Shown: positions 17,598 through 27,303 of the stretch, piece after piece
Layout of the letters: every line of letters begins with the position of its first letter
How positions within the stretch are numbered: the stretch's first letter is position 1
Source: Branchiibius sp. NY16-3462-2
Lineage (GTDB): Bacteria > Actinomycetota > Actinomycetes > Actinomycetales > Dermatophilaceae
Assembly (NCBI RefSeq): GCF_001594145.1
Contig: NZ_LVCF01000042.1
Location: 21,836-85,835 of the forward strand
DNA length: 64,000 nt
Direction: 5' to 3'
The notes under the pieces: model-generated
Told to the model about the DNA's origin: nothing
What the model saw: only the letters and a program-made list of their open reading frames with translations
The model's database searches: none
Made by a program: the position numbers and the translations under genes

Positions 17598-18505
17598 CGG
17601 TTACATGGGAGGCAGCCGATCAGTACGTCGAGCTGTTGGGTCTGCGCGTGCGATACCGCACGTGGGGCAACCCGGACGCCGGCACGACGTACGTGCTGGT
17701 GCACGGTCTGGGCGGTTCGCTGGAGAACTGGGGGCTGGTCGCGCCGTACCTGGCCGACGCTGACGGGTATGTCTATGCGCTCGATCTCGCCGGGTTCGGC
17801 CAGACCGTCCCGCAGCACTACCGACAGGCCCGGGTGGGTCGCAACGTCGAACTCGTCGAGGAGTTCCTGCGATCGGTGGTCGGCCGCCCGGCCGTGATTG
17901 TCGGTAATTCGATGGGTGGCCTGATCAGCCTGCGCGTCGCAGGCCGGGCACGGGTACCGATCAAGGGTGCGGTCCTGGTGGACCCGCTGATCCCGCTCAG
18001 TCCCCGCCATCGGCCGCATCCGCTGGTAGCAGTGGCGTTCACGATCTACACCGTTCCGGGGCTCAACAAGGCCTTCCTGCGGTTGCGGTCCGGTGAGGAG
18101 CATCTCGAGGACAGCGTCGAGGAAGCCCTCAAACTGGTGACTACCGACGTGGACAAGATCGACCCCGAGGTGCGGGCGGCGCACCTCGACCTGGCCCGGT
18201 CCCGGCTGAGTCAGACCGGGACGGCCGAGTCATTCCTCGCGGCGGCCCACACGACGTTGCTGCACGGGGTGCGCCGGCGCGACTACACCAAACACGGCCG
18301 CTCGATCGCGGCGCCGGTGCTGTTGTTGCACGGCGATCGGGACCGGCTGATCAACGTCGGGACCGCTCGCGGGCTGGCCCGACGTCACCCGGAGTGGACC
18401 TATGTCGAGGGCCCGGGAATCGGTCATACGCCGATGCTGGACGAGCCGGAATGGGTCGCGGACAACATCCGGGAGTGGGTCGAGAAGGTAGCCGCTGCAA
18501 GCTGA
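17594..18505 (+). CDS. Alpha/beta-fold hydrolase
   Basis: HGLGGS oxyanion region, nucleophile elbow GNSMGG, C-terminal GIGHTPMLDEP (catalytic His). GTG start overlaps the upstream stop. Confidence 0.85.
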   Translation: MTVTWEAADQYVELLGLRVRYRTWGNPDAGTTYVLVHGLGGSLENWGLVAPYLADADGYVYALDLAGFGQTVPQHYRQARVGRNVELVEEFLRSVVGRPAVIVGNSMGGLISLRVAGRARVPIKGAVLVDPLIPLSPRHRPHPLVAVAFTIYTVPGLNKAFLRLRSGEEHLEDSVEEALKLVTTDVDKIDPEVRAAHLDLARSRLSQTGTAESFLAAAHTTLLHGVRRRDYTKHGRSIAAPVLLLHGDRDRLINVGTARGLARRHPEWTYVEGPGIGHTPMLDEPEWVADNIREWVEKVAAAS

Positions 18506-18536
18506 GCCGATTTGGTCGCGCACTGGTCGTAATTGC

Positions 18537-19142
18537 ATGGTGGTAGCCATGAGTAGTTCCTTACAGACCGTCCGACTGCCGGTTTTCCTCTCGGCGGCCA
18601 CAGTTTCCGCACTGGCTCTGGCGGGCTGTTCCGGCGGCTCCGACAGCGCAGCGACGTCCACGCCCCCGGCGACGTCGACCACCTCGTCCGCCACGTCGAC
18701 GGCGACGCCCACAACCACCTCGACGGCGCCTTCGACGACCACGAGCAAGCCGCCGTCAACGACCGTGTCGCCCTCCACCACTCCGAAGCCCACGGCGACG
18801 ACGTCGACCACGCCGCCCCCCTCGGCCAAGTTCATCAGCGCCTGCGTGACGGCGAACTCCAAGCTGAACACGGCGGTCTCGCAGTGGAACGCTGCGGTCT
18901 CCAGCGGGAACAACAGCAAGTTGGATGCGGCCGCGAAGAACTTCACGACCACTGCCAAGGCGTTGTTGGATCTACGGACCGACGCTGCTGACGGTCAGTT
19001 CAGCACCAAGGTCCAGGCCATCGCCAGCGAGTTGAACGATATGGCCAGCGCTCGCAAGAACGACCAGACGGTGACCACCGCCGACTTCAACAACAAGGTG
19101 ACCGACCTTCGCACCTACTGCCAGTCGCGGCTGAAGTCCTGA
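18537..19142 (+). CDS. Lipoprotein with Ser/Thr/Pro-rich linker
   Basis: Signal peptide ending in lipobox LAGC(S). A ~70-aa low-complexity T/S/P tract is followed by a helical C-terminal domain. Confidence 0.7.
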   Translation: MVVAMSSSLQTVRLPVFLSAATVSALALAGCSGGSDSAATSTPPATSTTSSATSTATPTTTSTAPSTTTSKPPSTTVSPSTTPKPTATTSTTPPPSAKFISACVTANSKLNTAVSQWNAAVSSGNNSKLDAAAKNFTTTAKALLDLRTDAADGQFSTKVQAIASELNDMASARKNDQTVTTADFNNKVTDLRTYCQSRLKS

Positions 19143-19143
19143 G

Positions 19144-19914
19144 TCAGCCGCCGGCTTCATTGAGTTGTCGCCGGGCCTCTGCCAACGCTTGCTCAGCGGC
19201 CGCGTGACGCTGCTGCGCTGCCGACAACGTCTCGTCGGCCGTCCGTAGCTCGTCCTCCGCGGCGGATACGGCCTGCTGCAATCGCGCTCGGCGTGCGGCG
19301 GCGTGATGATCCGGCTTCTGCTTCGACTTCTGCGTCGCAGTGGTCTTCGGAGGGCTCTTCTTGTCGCTCGTCTTGTTGGTGCTGGTCTTCTTGTCGCTGG
19401 TTTTCTTGGCGGCCGGGGCCGCCCCGGTGGTCTCGCTCCACCGGGCGACGGCGTCACTGAGATCGACCTCGCCAAAACCGCTGTAGCTCAGGGCTTTCGT
19501 CAGGCGGCCGCTGCGTAATGCCGCACCGGCGGCGGGATCGGCCAGCGCGGCGGTGGCGGTGGCCATCACCTGGTCACGGAGGGTGCCTGTGGGTTGTCCC
19601 AATGCCTCCAGGAGCTGGTCGATCGCGGCGGTGCGCTCGTTCGACAGCGCGCGCATCGCGGGGGCGTCAACGCGCTGCTGGGCATCGCGCAGGCGATCGC
19701 CGAGATCGCACAGCTGCGCGACGACCGGGTCCTGGGCCAGCCGGTTCAGTGCGGTGGCAGCAGCGGTTGGTCGACGCAGGGCCTTGACCTCATCAGCGGC
19801 GTCAGCCTCACCTGCGGTGCGCAGACTTTTGACCAAAGCATCACGTGCCGTGACGAAGTGCTCGACCGGGCCCGCGTAAAGAGCGGCGATGGATGAGCGC
19901 AGGTCGGTCATCAT
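19144..19914 (-). CDS. Hypothetical protein with Lys/Thr/Ser-rich internal repeats and a coiled-coil tail
   Basis: 256-aa ORF with good codon bias. Internal KKTSDKKTSTNKTSDKKS repeat; the C-terminal Ala/Glu/Arg-rich helix looks coiled-coil-like. Confidence 0.65.
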   Translation of the reverse strand: MMTDLRSSIAALYAGPVEHFVTARDALVKSLRTAGEADAADEVKALRRPTAAATALNRLAQDPVVAQLCDLGDRLRDAQQRVDAPAMRALSNERTAAIDQLLEALGQPTGTLRDQVMATATAALADPAAGAALRSGRLTKALSYSGFGEVDLSDAVARWSETTGAAPAAKKTSDKKTSTNKTSDKKSPPKTTATQKSKQKPDHHAAARRARLQQAVSAAEDELRTADETLSAAQQRHAAAEQALAEARRQLNEAGG

Positions 19915-19974
19915 CGGCTCCCGTCGCGGATTAGGTTGATCACATCACACGTTGCGCGCCAAGGGAGTCCCGCG

Positions 19975-21642
19975 ATGGCTACACAAGAGTTCGATGTCGT
20001 TGTCGTTGGTGCCGGGCTGGCCGGGCTGGTTGCCGCAGCCGAGGCTGTCGCTGCTGGCCGGAGCGTCGCTGTGCTTGACCAGGAGAACGCGAGCAACCTT
20101 GGCGGACAGGCGTTCTGGAGTTTCGGTGGACTCTTCCTGGTGGACTCACCCGAGCAGCGCCGGATGGGGATCAAGGACTCGTTCGACCTGGCCTGGCAGG
20201 ACTGGCAGGGCAGCGCCGCGTTCGACCGCCTGGGCGATGAGGACTCGTGGGCGGTCAAGTGGGCGAGGGCGTACGTCGAGTTCGCCGCCGGTGAGAAGCG
20301 CGCCTGGCTCAAAGAGCGGGACATCTCCTTCGTCCCACTGGTCGGCTGGGCCGAACGCGGCGACGGCCGGGCCGATGGTCACGGCAACTCGGTGCCCCGC
20401 TTCCACATCGCATGGGGCACGGGCACGGGAGTCGTGAAACCGTTCGTCGAGCGCACCCTCAAAGCGGCCGACGAGGGCCGGTTGACCTTCCTGCATCGGT
20501 ATCGCGCGGACGAGCTCATCGTGGAGGCGGGGCGCGCCCTCGGGGTGCGGGGCGTCGTACTCGCACCGGATGATCACCCGCGCGGTGAGCCCAGCAACCG
20601 CGACGTGGTGGGCGACTTCGAGGTGCGCGGCGGCGCGGTCGTGCTCACCACCGGCGGGATCGGCGGTAACCACGAGCTGGTGCGGCATTGGTGGCCGGAG
20701 CGGCTCGGCACTCCGCCGAGCTCGATGATCACGGGAGTCCCGGCGTACGTCGATGGTCGGATGCTCCAGATCGCCGAAGAGGCGGGGGCACGCACCGTCA
20801 ACCGGGACCGGATGTGGCACTACACGGAGGGCATCCAGAACTGGGACCCGATCTGGCCGCAGCACGCGATCCGGATCCTGCCCGGGCCGTCCTCGATGTG
20901 GTTCGACGCCCTCGGTCGGCGGCTGCCCTTCCCCTGCCTGCCCGGGTTCGACACCCTCTCGACGCTGCGGTACCTACGCACGACACCGGACATCGCGGCG
21001 CATGACCACTCGTGGTTCGTCCTCACCCAGAAGATCCTCGAGAAGGAGTTCGGGCTGTCGGGCTCGGAGCAGAACCCGGACATCACGAACAAGGACTTCA
21101 AACTGCTGCTATCACGGGTGAAGAGCGGTGCGCCCGGTCCGGTGGAGGCGTTCAAGACCAAGGGCGCGGACTTCGTGGTGGCCGACTCGCTCGAGGAACT
21201 GGTCGCGGGCATGAACAAACTCACCGATGAGCCGCTGCTCGATCCGGTGGACATCCGGCGGCAGGTCGAGGCGCGCGACCGGGAGATGGTCAACGGCTAC
21301 AGCAAGGACGCACAGGTCACGGCGATCCACGGCGCGCGCAACTATCGCGGCGACAAGCTGGCCCGGGTGGCCTCGCCCCATGCGCTGCTGGATCCCAAGG
21401 CCGGTCCGTTGATCGGCGTGAAGCTGCACATCCTGACCCGCAAGTCGCTCGGCGGGCTGCAGACCGATCTGCAGTCGCGGGTACTGCGCCCGGACGGCTC
21501 GGTCTTCGAGGGTCTGTTCGCGGCCGGTGAAGCGGCCGGCTTCGGCGGCGGTGGAGTGCACGGGTACAACTCCCTGGAGGGCACCTTCCTGGGCGGTTGC
21601 ATCTTCTCCGGTCGCGCTGCTGGTCGGGCCGCCTCTGGGTGA
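19975..21642 (+). CDS. FAD-binding dehydrogenase (fumarate-reductase/KsdD-like flavoprotein fold)
   Basis: Dinucleotide-binding motif DVVVVGAGLAGLVAA near the N-terminus and C-terminal FAAGEAAGFGGGGVHGYNSLEG. Start at MATQEF (ATG 19975). Confidence 0.85.
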   Translation: MATQEFDVVVVGAGLAGLVAAAEAVAAGRSVAVLDQENASNLGGQAFWSFGGLFLVDSPEQRRMGIKDSFDLAWQDWQGSAAFDRLGDEDSWAVKWARAYVEFAAGEKRAWLKERDISFVPLVGWAERGDGRADGHGNSVPRFHIAWGTGTGVVKPFVERTLKAADEGRLTFLHRYRADELIVEAGRALGVRGVVLAPDDHPRGEPSNRDVVGDFEVRGGAVVLTTGGIGGNHELVRHWWPERLGTPPSSMITGVPAYVDGRMLQIAEEAGARTVNRDRMWHYTEGIQNWDPIWPQHAIRILPGPSSMWFDALGRRLPFPCLPGFDTLSTLRYLRTTPDIAAHDHSWFVLTQKILEKEFGLSGSEQNPDITNKDFKLLLSRVKSGAPGPVEAFKTKGADFVVADSLEELVAGMNKLTDEPLLDPVDIRRQVEARDREMVNGYSKDAQVTAIHGARNYRGDKLARVASPHALLDPKAGPLIGVKLHILTRKSLGGLQTDLQSRVLRPDGSVFEGLFAAGEAAGFGGGGVHGYNSLEGTFLGGCIFSGRAAGRAASG

Positions 21643-21666
21643 CGCACGCGTGGCAGGATCGGGGGT

Positions 21667-22839
21667 ATGAATCAGCGGCCCCGTCGGGCATCGGACGATG
21701 TGTCCTTCGGTATCAAGGTCGCCGCGCTCTGGTCGGTGTGCCTGCTAGCGATCATCGCCTTCCTGGCCGCCCTGGTGTGGCTGCTCAATTCGATCTCGTT
21801 GGTCACGATCACGGTTGCGGTCGCGATCATGATCACCGCGCTGTTGCAGCCGGCCGTTGCGTGGCTGGATCGCCGGGGAATGCCCCATGCTCTGGCCGCG
21901 ATCCTGGTCTACATCGTGGGGATCGCTCTGCTGGGCCTGGCGCTGTGGTTCGTGATCTCGCAGATCGCTCAGTCCCAGACCAACATCGGCCAGCAGTTGA
22001 CCGCGTCCCTGACCACCATTCGTGACTGGTTGGTCAACGGGCCGATCCACATGTCGTCCAACGAGGCCGACAAGTACACGATCCACCTGGGTCAGACGAT
22101 CGGGCAATACAAGAACCAGATCGCCTCCGGCGCCTGGGAGAGTGCGAACACGGCGATCGGGATCGTCTCCGGTGGGGTGTTCACGCTCTTCGCGGTGCTG
22201 TTCGTGCTGCTGGACAACGGCAAGATGTTCGGCTGGTTCGTGAAGTTCTTCCCGGATGACATCGAGGGTCACGTGTGGGCCGGTGGCGCCGCCGCCTGGC
22301 GCACGCTGACCGCCTACATGCGCAGTCTGGTCCTGTTGGCCGCCGTCAACGCGGTCGCGATGGTGCCGGTCATGATGATCGCCGGCCTGCCCTTGGTGGT
22401 GCCGCTGGCGGTGCTGCTCTTCATCGGTTCGTTGGTGCCGATGGTCGGTGTCCTGGTGGCGGGCGCCGTGGTGGTCCTGATCGCCCTGGTCACCAAAGGC
22501 ATCACCACGGCCATTGTCGTGGCCATCATGCTGGTGCTGATCGTGCAGTTGTTCGGCAACCTGCTCAACCCGGTGATCCTGGGCAAAGCCGTCGATATCC
22601 ACCCGTTCGCGATCCTGGTCGGCGTCACCGGAGGCACGTTGCTCGCCGGCGTCTTCGGTGCCTTCGTTGCTGTGCCGTTCATTGCCGTGGTCAATAACGC
22701 GATGCGCGCGATCCGGGAGTACAACGAGGGCGAGATCGATCCACTGATCGCCGGCCACCTGCCCCAGGAGATCGCCGATCATCCGCCGGCCGTGCCGCAC
22801 GGCCAGGAGCATCGCCTACCCGATCCGGACACCGCGTGA
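21667..22839 (+). CDS. AI-2E family transporter (PerM/UPF0118)
   Basis: About 8 hydrophobic helices and the characteristic C-terminal region IGSLVPMVG...LLNPVILGKAVDIHP. Confidence 0.85.
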   Translation: MNQRPRRASDDVSFGIKVAALWSVCLLAIIAFLAALVWLLNSISLVTITVAVAIMITALLQPAVAWLDRRGMPHALAAILVYIVGIALLGLALWFVISQIAQSQTNIGQQLTASLTTIRDWLVNGPIHMSSNEADKYTIHLGQTIGQYKNQIASGAWESANTAIGIVSGGVFTLFAVLFVLLDNGKMFGWFVKFFPDDIEGHVWAGGAAAWRTLTAYMRSLVLLAAVNAVAMVPVMMIAGLPLVVPLAVLLFIGSLVPMVGVLVAGAVVVLIALVTKGITTAIVVAIMLVLIVQLFGNLLNPVILGKAVDIHPFAILVGVTGGTLLAGVFGAFVAVPFIAVVNNAMRAIREYNEGEIDPLIAGHLPQEIADHPPAVPHGQEHRLPDPDTA

Positions 22840-23339
22840 CCCAGCCGTCGCAGGCGCGGGTCGCCGGGTTGCGGATCTACCGTCTGCTCCCGTCGGTGAT
22901 TACGGCGCCGGTGGTGCACCTGGTCACCCCGTCGTTCACGATGGGTGCCATCGCTGTCATCGAGTACGGCGATCGGATCCTTGCGCTGCGACAACTGCAC
23001 CGCCGCGGCTTGTCCCTGCCTGGTGGTCTGGTCGATCGCGGTGAGACCCCGCAGCAGGCCGTGGTGCGCGAAGTCCTGGAGGAGACCGGGCTGCGGGTGA
23101 CCAGTGGCGCGGTGTACGCCGTGTCCGTGGCCACCCGCCGACGCCAGGTCGACGTGATCTTCCGGATCGTCTGCGATACGCAACCGCAGATCCATCCGGC
23201 CAGCGAGGCCACGTCGTACGAGTGGGTGGATCCCTCGTCGTGGGATCCCGCACTGGCCGACAAGTCGACCCGGCGGATCCTCAAAGCCCTGCACGCGGCG
23301 TACGGCGATCCAGGCCCTGGGCGGGTCCTGACCGACTGA
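22836..23339 (+). CDS. NUDIX hydrolase
   Basis: Nudix box GGLVDRGETPQQAVVREVLEETGL (GX5EX7REUXEEXGU). GTG start overlaps the upstream TGA. Confidence 0.85.
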   Translation: MTQPSQARVAGLRIYRLLPSVITAPVVHLVTPSFTMGAIAVIEYGDRILALRQLHRRGLSLPGGLVDRGETPQQAVVREVLEETGLRVTSGAVYAVSVATRRRQVDVIFRIVCDTQPQIHPASEATSYEWVDPSSWDPALADKSTRRILKALHAAYGDPGPGRVLTD

Positions 23340-23343
23340 GGGG

Positions 23344-23895
23344 CTAGAGGTACTGGCCTGTGGAGTGACCCGGCTCGGGCCCGGGTGACGGCGGGGTCGA
23401 GCCGGGCGGCAGCCCACGGCGCATCGCCTGCAGCTGCGCCTGCGCGGCCATCTGCTGGGCGACGATCGCGGTCTGGATCCCGTGGAAGAGACCTTCGAGC
23501 CAGCCGACCAGCTGGGCCTGGGCGATCCGCAACTCGGCATCGCTGGGAGATTCCTCGCTGAACGGCTGGGAGATCCGGTCCAACTCCTCGACGAGTTCGG
23601 GCGCCAGCCCGTCCTTGAGTTCGTTGATCGACTGCTCGTGGATCTGCGCGAGGCGCTTGCGGCCGGCTTCGTCCAGCGGAGCGCTACGAACCTCCTCCAG
23701 CAGTTGCTTGATCATCGAGCCGATCCGCATGACTTTCGCGGGTTGCTCGACCAGGTCGGCGGGGCTGGTGGGTTCGTCGGCTCCGGTGGGCTCCTCGTTG
23801 GGGGCGACGCCCATCCCGGTCTCGGTGACGACGACCACCTTGTCGTCGTCCTGGTGCACGACGCCGGAAACGGCCTGCTGCTCGTTGTCGGTCAT
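23344..23895 (-). CDS. bpa: Bacterial proteasome activator (Bpa/PafE)
   Basis: 183-aa helical protein ending in ...GHSTGQYL-stop. The C-terminal GQYL motif is the hallmark 20S-proteasome docking motif of Bpa. The central region IGSMIKQLLEEVR...LVGWLEGLFHGIQ fits the family. Confidence 0.8.
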   Translation of the reverse strand: MTDNEQQAVSGVVHQDDDKVVVVTETGMGVAPNEEPTGADEPTSPADLVEQPAKVMRIGSMIKQLLEEVRSAPLDEAGRKRLAQIHEQSINELKDGLAPELVEELDRISQPFSEESPSDAELRIAQAQLVGWLEGLFHGIQTAIVAQQMAAQAQLQAMRRGLPPGSTPPSPGPEPGHSTGQYL

Positions 23896-23912
23896 GAGTC
23901 CATCCTGCCTGG

Positions 23913-24881
23913 TCAGAACGTCAGCAAGATCTTGCCGATGTGCTGGGACTGCGCCATCGCGCGGTGGGCGTCGGCTGCTTGCTCGATGGGGAACGTCTCG
24001 CTCACGATCGGGCGGATGCTGCCGTTGGCGATCAGCGGCCAGACGTGCTCGCGGACCTGGTGGACGATGGCGGCCTTCTGTTCAAGGGGTCGGCTGCGCA
24101 GGTTGGTGGCGGCGACCGTGCCCCGCTTGACCAGGAGCTGGTTGATGTCCAGCTCGGCCTTGGTGCCGCCCTGCAGGCCGATGATTACCAGGCGGCCACC
24201 GTCCGCGAGTGCAGTGACGTTGCGAGACAGGTACTTTGCGCCGATGACGTCGAGGATCACGTCGGCACCGCCGGCCTCCTGGATGACCTCGACGAAGTCC
24301 TGCTCGCGGTAGTTGATCAGGATGTCCGCACCCAGCGCGGCGCACGCGTCGAGCTTCTCCTGGGACCCGGCCGTCACCGCGATCCGGGCGCCGAGATGCT
24401 TGGCGATCTGGATGGCCATCGTGCCGATGCCGCTGGAGCCGCCGTGCTGCAGGAAGAGGTCACCGGTCTTCAGGTGGGCGGTCATCACGATGTTGGACCA
24501 CACCGTGCAGACCACCTCTGGGAGTGCGGCCGCGTCCTGCAGGCTCACCCCTTGGGGGACGGGTAGGACCTGCCCGGCGGGTACGACGACCTGCTCCGCG
24601 TAGCCACCCCCGGCTAGTAGCGCGCACACCTCGTCGCCGATCGCCCAGCCCATCGCTGCGCTTCCGAGCTGGGTGATCGTGCCGCTGACCTCCAGGCCGG
24701 GGACCTCGGAGATCCCTGGGGGCGGTGGGTAGAAGCCCTGCCGCTGCATCAGATCCGCGCGGTTCACCCCTGCTGCGGCCACCTCGATCAGGACCTCGCC
24801 GGGGCCGGGGCTCAGATCCGGCACCTCGCTGAGGGTGAGGACGTCCTCGTCGCCGAATTCCGGGATGGTGATCGCACGCAT
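23913..24881 (-). CDS. NAD(P)H:quinone oxidoreductase (zeta-crystallin/MDR family)
   Basis: MRAITIPEFGDEDVL..., GVNRADL, nucleotide-binding LQHGGSSGIGTMAIQIAK, C-terminal HIGKILL. Confidence 0.85.
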   Translation of the reverse strand: MRAITIPEFGDEDVLTLSEVPDLSPGPGEVLIEVAAAGVNRADLMQRQGFYPPPPGISEVPGLEVSGTITQLGSAAMGWAIGDEVCALLAGGGYAEQVVVPAGQVLPVPQGVSLQDAAALPEVVCTVWSNIVMTAHLKTGDLFLQHGGSSGIGTMAIQIAKHLGARIAVTAGSQEKLDACAALGADILINYREQDFVEVIQEAGGADVILDVIGAKYLSRNVTALADGGRLVIIGLQGGTKAELDINQLLVKRGTVAATNLRSRPLEQKAAIVHQVREHVWPLIANGSIRPIVSETFPIEQAADAHRAMAQSQHIGKILLTF

Positions 24882-24891
24882 GCGTTTCAGC

Positions 24892-25665
24892 CTACGTCTG
24901 CGCGCGACGCCCGAGTCTGCGGGACAGCTCTGCTGCCGATCGGCGTACGTCGATCGCGGCCTTTTCGGGGTCGCTCACCTGATCGACCGGGTAGGTGAGC
25001 GCGATCCCGGCCACGGGGAAGTCGTTGTGGTCGAGGACGGCGGCCGCTACGGAGGCGAATCCGGCTGTGACAGAGTCACTTTCGGTGGCAATCCCGCGCT
25101 GTCGGACGGTCGCCAGTGCGCTACGCAGTTGCGTCAGGGAGGTCGGTCCGAGGCCGTTGCGCTGGGCGAACGAGTCACGGTCGGGGTAGAGGGCACGCAC
25201 CTGCGCCGACGGTAGGGCGGCCAGCATCGCCAGCCCGGAGGCGGTGACGGTCGCGGGCAGTCGGACGCCGACGTCGGTGACCAGGGAGGGACGGCGCGGC
25301 GCACGTTCCTCGATCACGTAGAGCACGTCGCGGCCGTGCAGCACCGCGAGGTGCGCATTGTGCGTGGTGGCATCGACCAGCCGGGTCAGGATGGGCCGGG
25401 CGATGCGTTGTAGCGGGGCCTGTCGGCTGTACGCGGAGCCGAGTTCGAAGGCGGCAACACCCAGGCCCCAGCGTCGGTCCTCGTCCAGGTGGACCACGAA
25501 GCCGGTCTCCTTGAGGACCGTGAGCACGCGATAGGTGGACGAGCGGGGCAGGTCGAGGGCCCGGGCGATGGCGGCAGCGGGGAGGGGTTCGGCGCGCCGG
25601 GCAAGCAGTTGAAGCACGGCGATCGCGTGTGCGGCAGCGGGAGCGGCCATATCTGACTGTCTCAT
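24892..25665 (-). CDS. IclR-family transcriptional regulator (likely hut regulator)
   Basis: N-terminal wHTH (LPAAAIARALDLPRSSTYRVLTVL) plus an IclR effector domain. Divergent from hutH. An alternative start at ATG 25650 (MAAPAAAH) would leave the palindrome at 25658-25675 intergenic. Confidence 0.85.
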   Translation of the reverse strand: MRQSDMAAPAAAHAIAVLQLLARRAEPLPAAAIARALDLPRSSTYRVLTVLKETGFVVHLDEDRRWGLGVAAFELGSAYSRQAPLQRIARPILTRLVDATTHNAHLAVLHGRDVLYVIEERAPRRPSLVTDVGVRLPATVTASGLAMLAALPSAQVRALYPDRDSFAQRNGLGPTSLTQLRSALATVRQRGIATESDSVTAGFASVAAAVLDHNDFPVAGIALTYPVDQVSDPEKAAIDVRRSAAELSRRLGRRAQT

Positions 25666-25675
25666 ATGTGAGACA
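25658..25675. promoter_or_regulatory. Operator-like palindrome TGTCTCA-TATG-TGAGACA between iclR and hutH
   Basis: Perfect 7-bp arms read directly from the sequence. Located in the divergent promoter region. Confidence 0.5.
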
Positions 25676-25720
25676 AGACTGCCCCGTCAAGGGTGGGTTT
25701 CTCGTCGTTGGGGCGGTGCA

Positions 25721-27277
25721 ATGGAAGGCATGAGCCTCGTGGACACCCAGACCGTGACTGTCGGCGTCGGACCTGTGAGCCGGGACGACGTCGTGGCGGT
25801 GGCGCGGTATGACGCACGGGTGGAGCTGGGTGCTGACGCCCTGTCGGCGATGTCGGACAGTCGCGCGGTCATCGAACGACTCGCGGACGACACGGTGGCG
25901 CACTACGGCGTCTCGACCGGGTTCGGAGCACTGGCCACTCGACACATTCCGTTGGACGACCGGAAACAGTTGCAGCGCAGCCTGATCCGCTCGCACGCCG
26001 CCGGCAACGGCCCCGAGGTGGAGCGCGAGGTCGTGCGCGCGACGATGCTGCTCCGCCTGTCCACCCTGGCAACCGGCCGCACTGGAGTCCGCCCGGTGGT
26101 TGCGCAGACGTACGCCGCGCTGCTGAATGCCGGCATCACGCCGGTCGTGCATGAGTACGGCTCGCTCGGCTGCTCCGGCGACCTCGCGCCGCTCGCGCAT
26201 TGTGCGCTCGCAGTGATGGGGGAAGGTGTGGTGCGCGACGCCTCGGGCGACGTGCGGCAGACCGGTGATGCGCTGCGCGAGGCCGCCATCGAGCCGGTCG
26301 AACTGGCCGAGAAGGAGGGCCTTGCGCTGATCAACGGCACCGACGGCATGCTCGGGCAGCTCAGCCTCGCGTTGCACGACCTGGCTCGGTTGGTGACGAC
26401 CGCCGACATCACGGCTGCGATGTCGGTCGAGGGTCTGATGGGCACCGATGACGTCTTCGCCGCGGACCTGCAGGCGTTGCGTCCGCAGCTCGGCCAGGGT
26501 GCGAGTGCGGAGAACATGCGGAAGGTGTTGAGCGACAGCCAGATCCGTGAGTCACACCGCCTCGCGGACGAATGCCCGCGGGTGCAGGATGCGTATTCGC
26601 TGCGGTGTGCGCCCCAAGTGGCCGGTGCCGTGCGCGACACCATCGCCCACGCGGCTCTGATTGCGGACCGCGAACTCGCCTCTGCTGTCGACAATCCCGT
26701 CGTCACGCTGGACGGCCGGGTCGAGTCCAACGGCAACTTCCACGGAGCCCCGGTGGCGTATGTCCTGGACTTTCTGGCCATCGCGGCTGCCGACCTGGCG
26801 TCGATGAGTGAGCGGCGGACCGACCGGTTCCTCGACGTCGCCCGCAACCACGGACTACCGGCCTTCCTGGCCCACGACCCCGGTGTCGACTCCGGGCTGA
26901 TGATCGCCCAATACACCCAGGCAGCAATCGTTTCCGAGCTCAAACGACTCGCGAACCCGGCCAGCGTCGACTCGATCCCGAGCAGCGCCATGCAAGAGGA
27001 CCACGTGTCGATGGGCTGGTCGGCCGCTCGCAAACTGCGCCGGGCCGTCGACGGCCTGACCCGCGTCCTGGCGATCGAGTGCCTCACCGCGTCCCGCGGG
27101 CAGCAGTTGCGCGCACCTCTCACCCCTGCCCCGGCGACGGGCGCGGTCAGCCAGGCACTCGGCGTACCTGCAGGTCCCGATCGTTTCCTGGCACCCGATA
27201 TCGAAACCGCTGTTGAACTCGTGCAATCCGGGGGCGTCGTCGATGCCGCTGAAGCCCACACCGGACCGCTGAACTAA
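25721..27277 (+). CDS. hutH: Histidine ammonia-lyase
   Basis: MIO-forming segment [38 protein letters not shown]. Adjacent to hutU. Confidence 0.9.
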   Translation: MEGMSLVDTQTVTVGVGPVSRDDVVAVARYDARVELGADALSAMSDSRAVIERLADDTVAHYGVSTGFGALATRHIPLDDRKQLQRSLIRSHAAGNGPEVEREVVRATMLLRLSTLATGRTGVRPVVAQTYAALLNAGITPVVHEYGSLGCSGDLAPLAHCALAVMGEGVVRDASGDVRQTGDALREAAIEPVELAEKEGLALINGTDGMLGQLSLALHDLARLVTTADITAAMSVEGLMGTDDVFAADLQALRPQLGQGASAENMRKVLSDSQIRESHRLADECPRVQDAYSLRCAPQVAGAVRDTIAHAALIADRELASAVDNPVVTLDGRVESNGNFHGAPVAYVLDFLAIAAADLASMSERRTDRFLDVARNHGLPAFLAHDPGVDSGLMIAQYTQAAIVSELKRLANPASVDSIPSSAMQEDHVSMGWSAARKLRRAVDGLTRVLAIECLTASRGQQLRAPLTPAPATGAVSQALGVPAGPDRFLAPDIETAVELVQSGGVVDAAEAHTGPLN

Positions 27278-27303
27278 CTGTCAACGAACGCAAGGAGATC
27301 ACC

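Noticed and set aside
25175-27261. 400-aa and 452-aa minus-strand ORFs overlapping iclR/hutH
   Set aside because: They are antisense or out of frame relative to hutH, which has unmistakable HAL motifs. Their composition is dominated by Arg/Pro/Ala/Ser.
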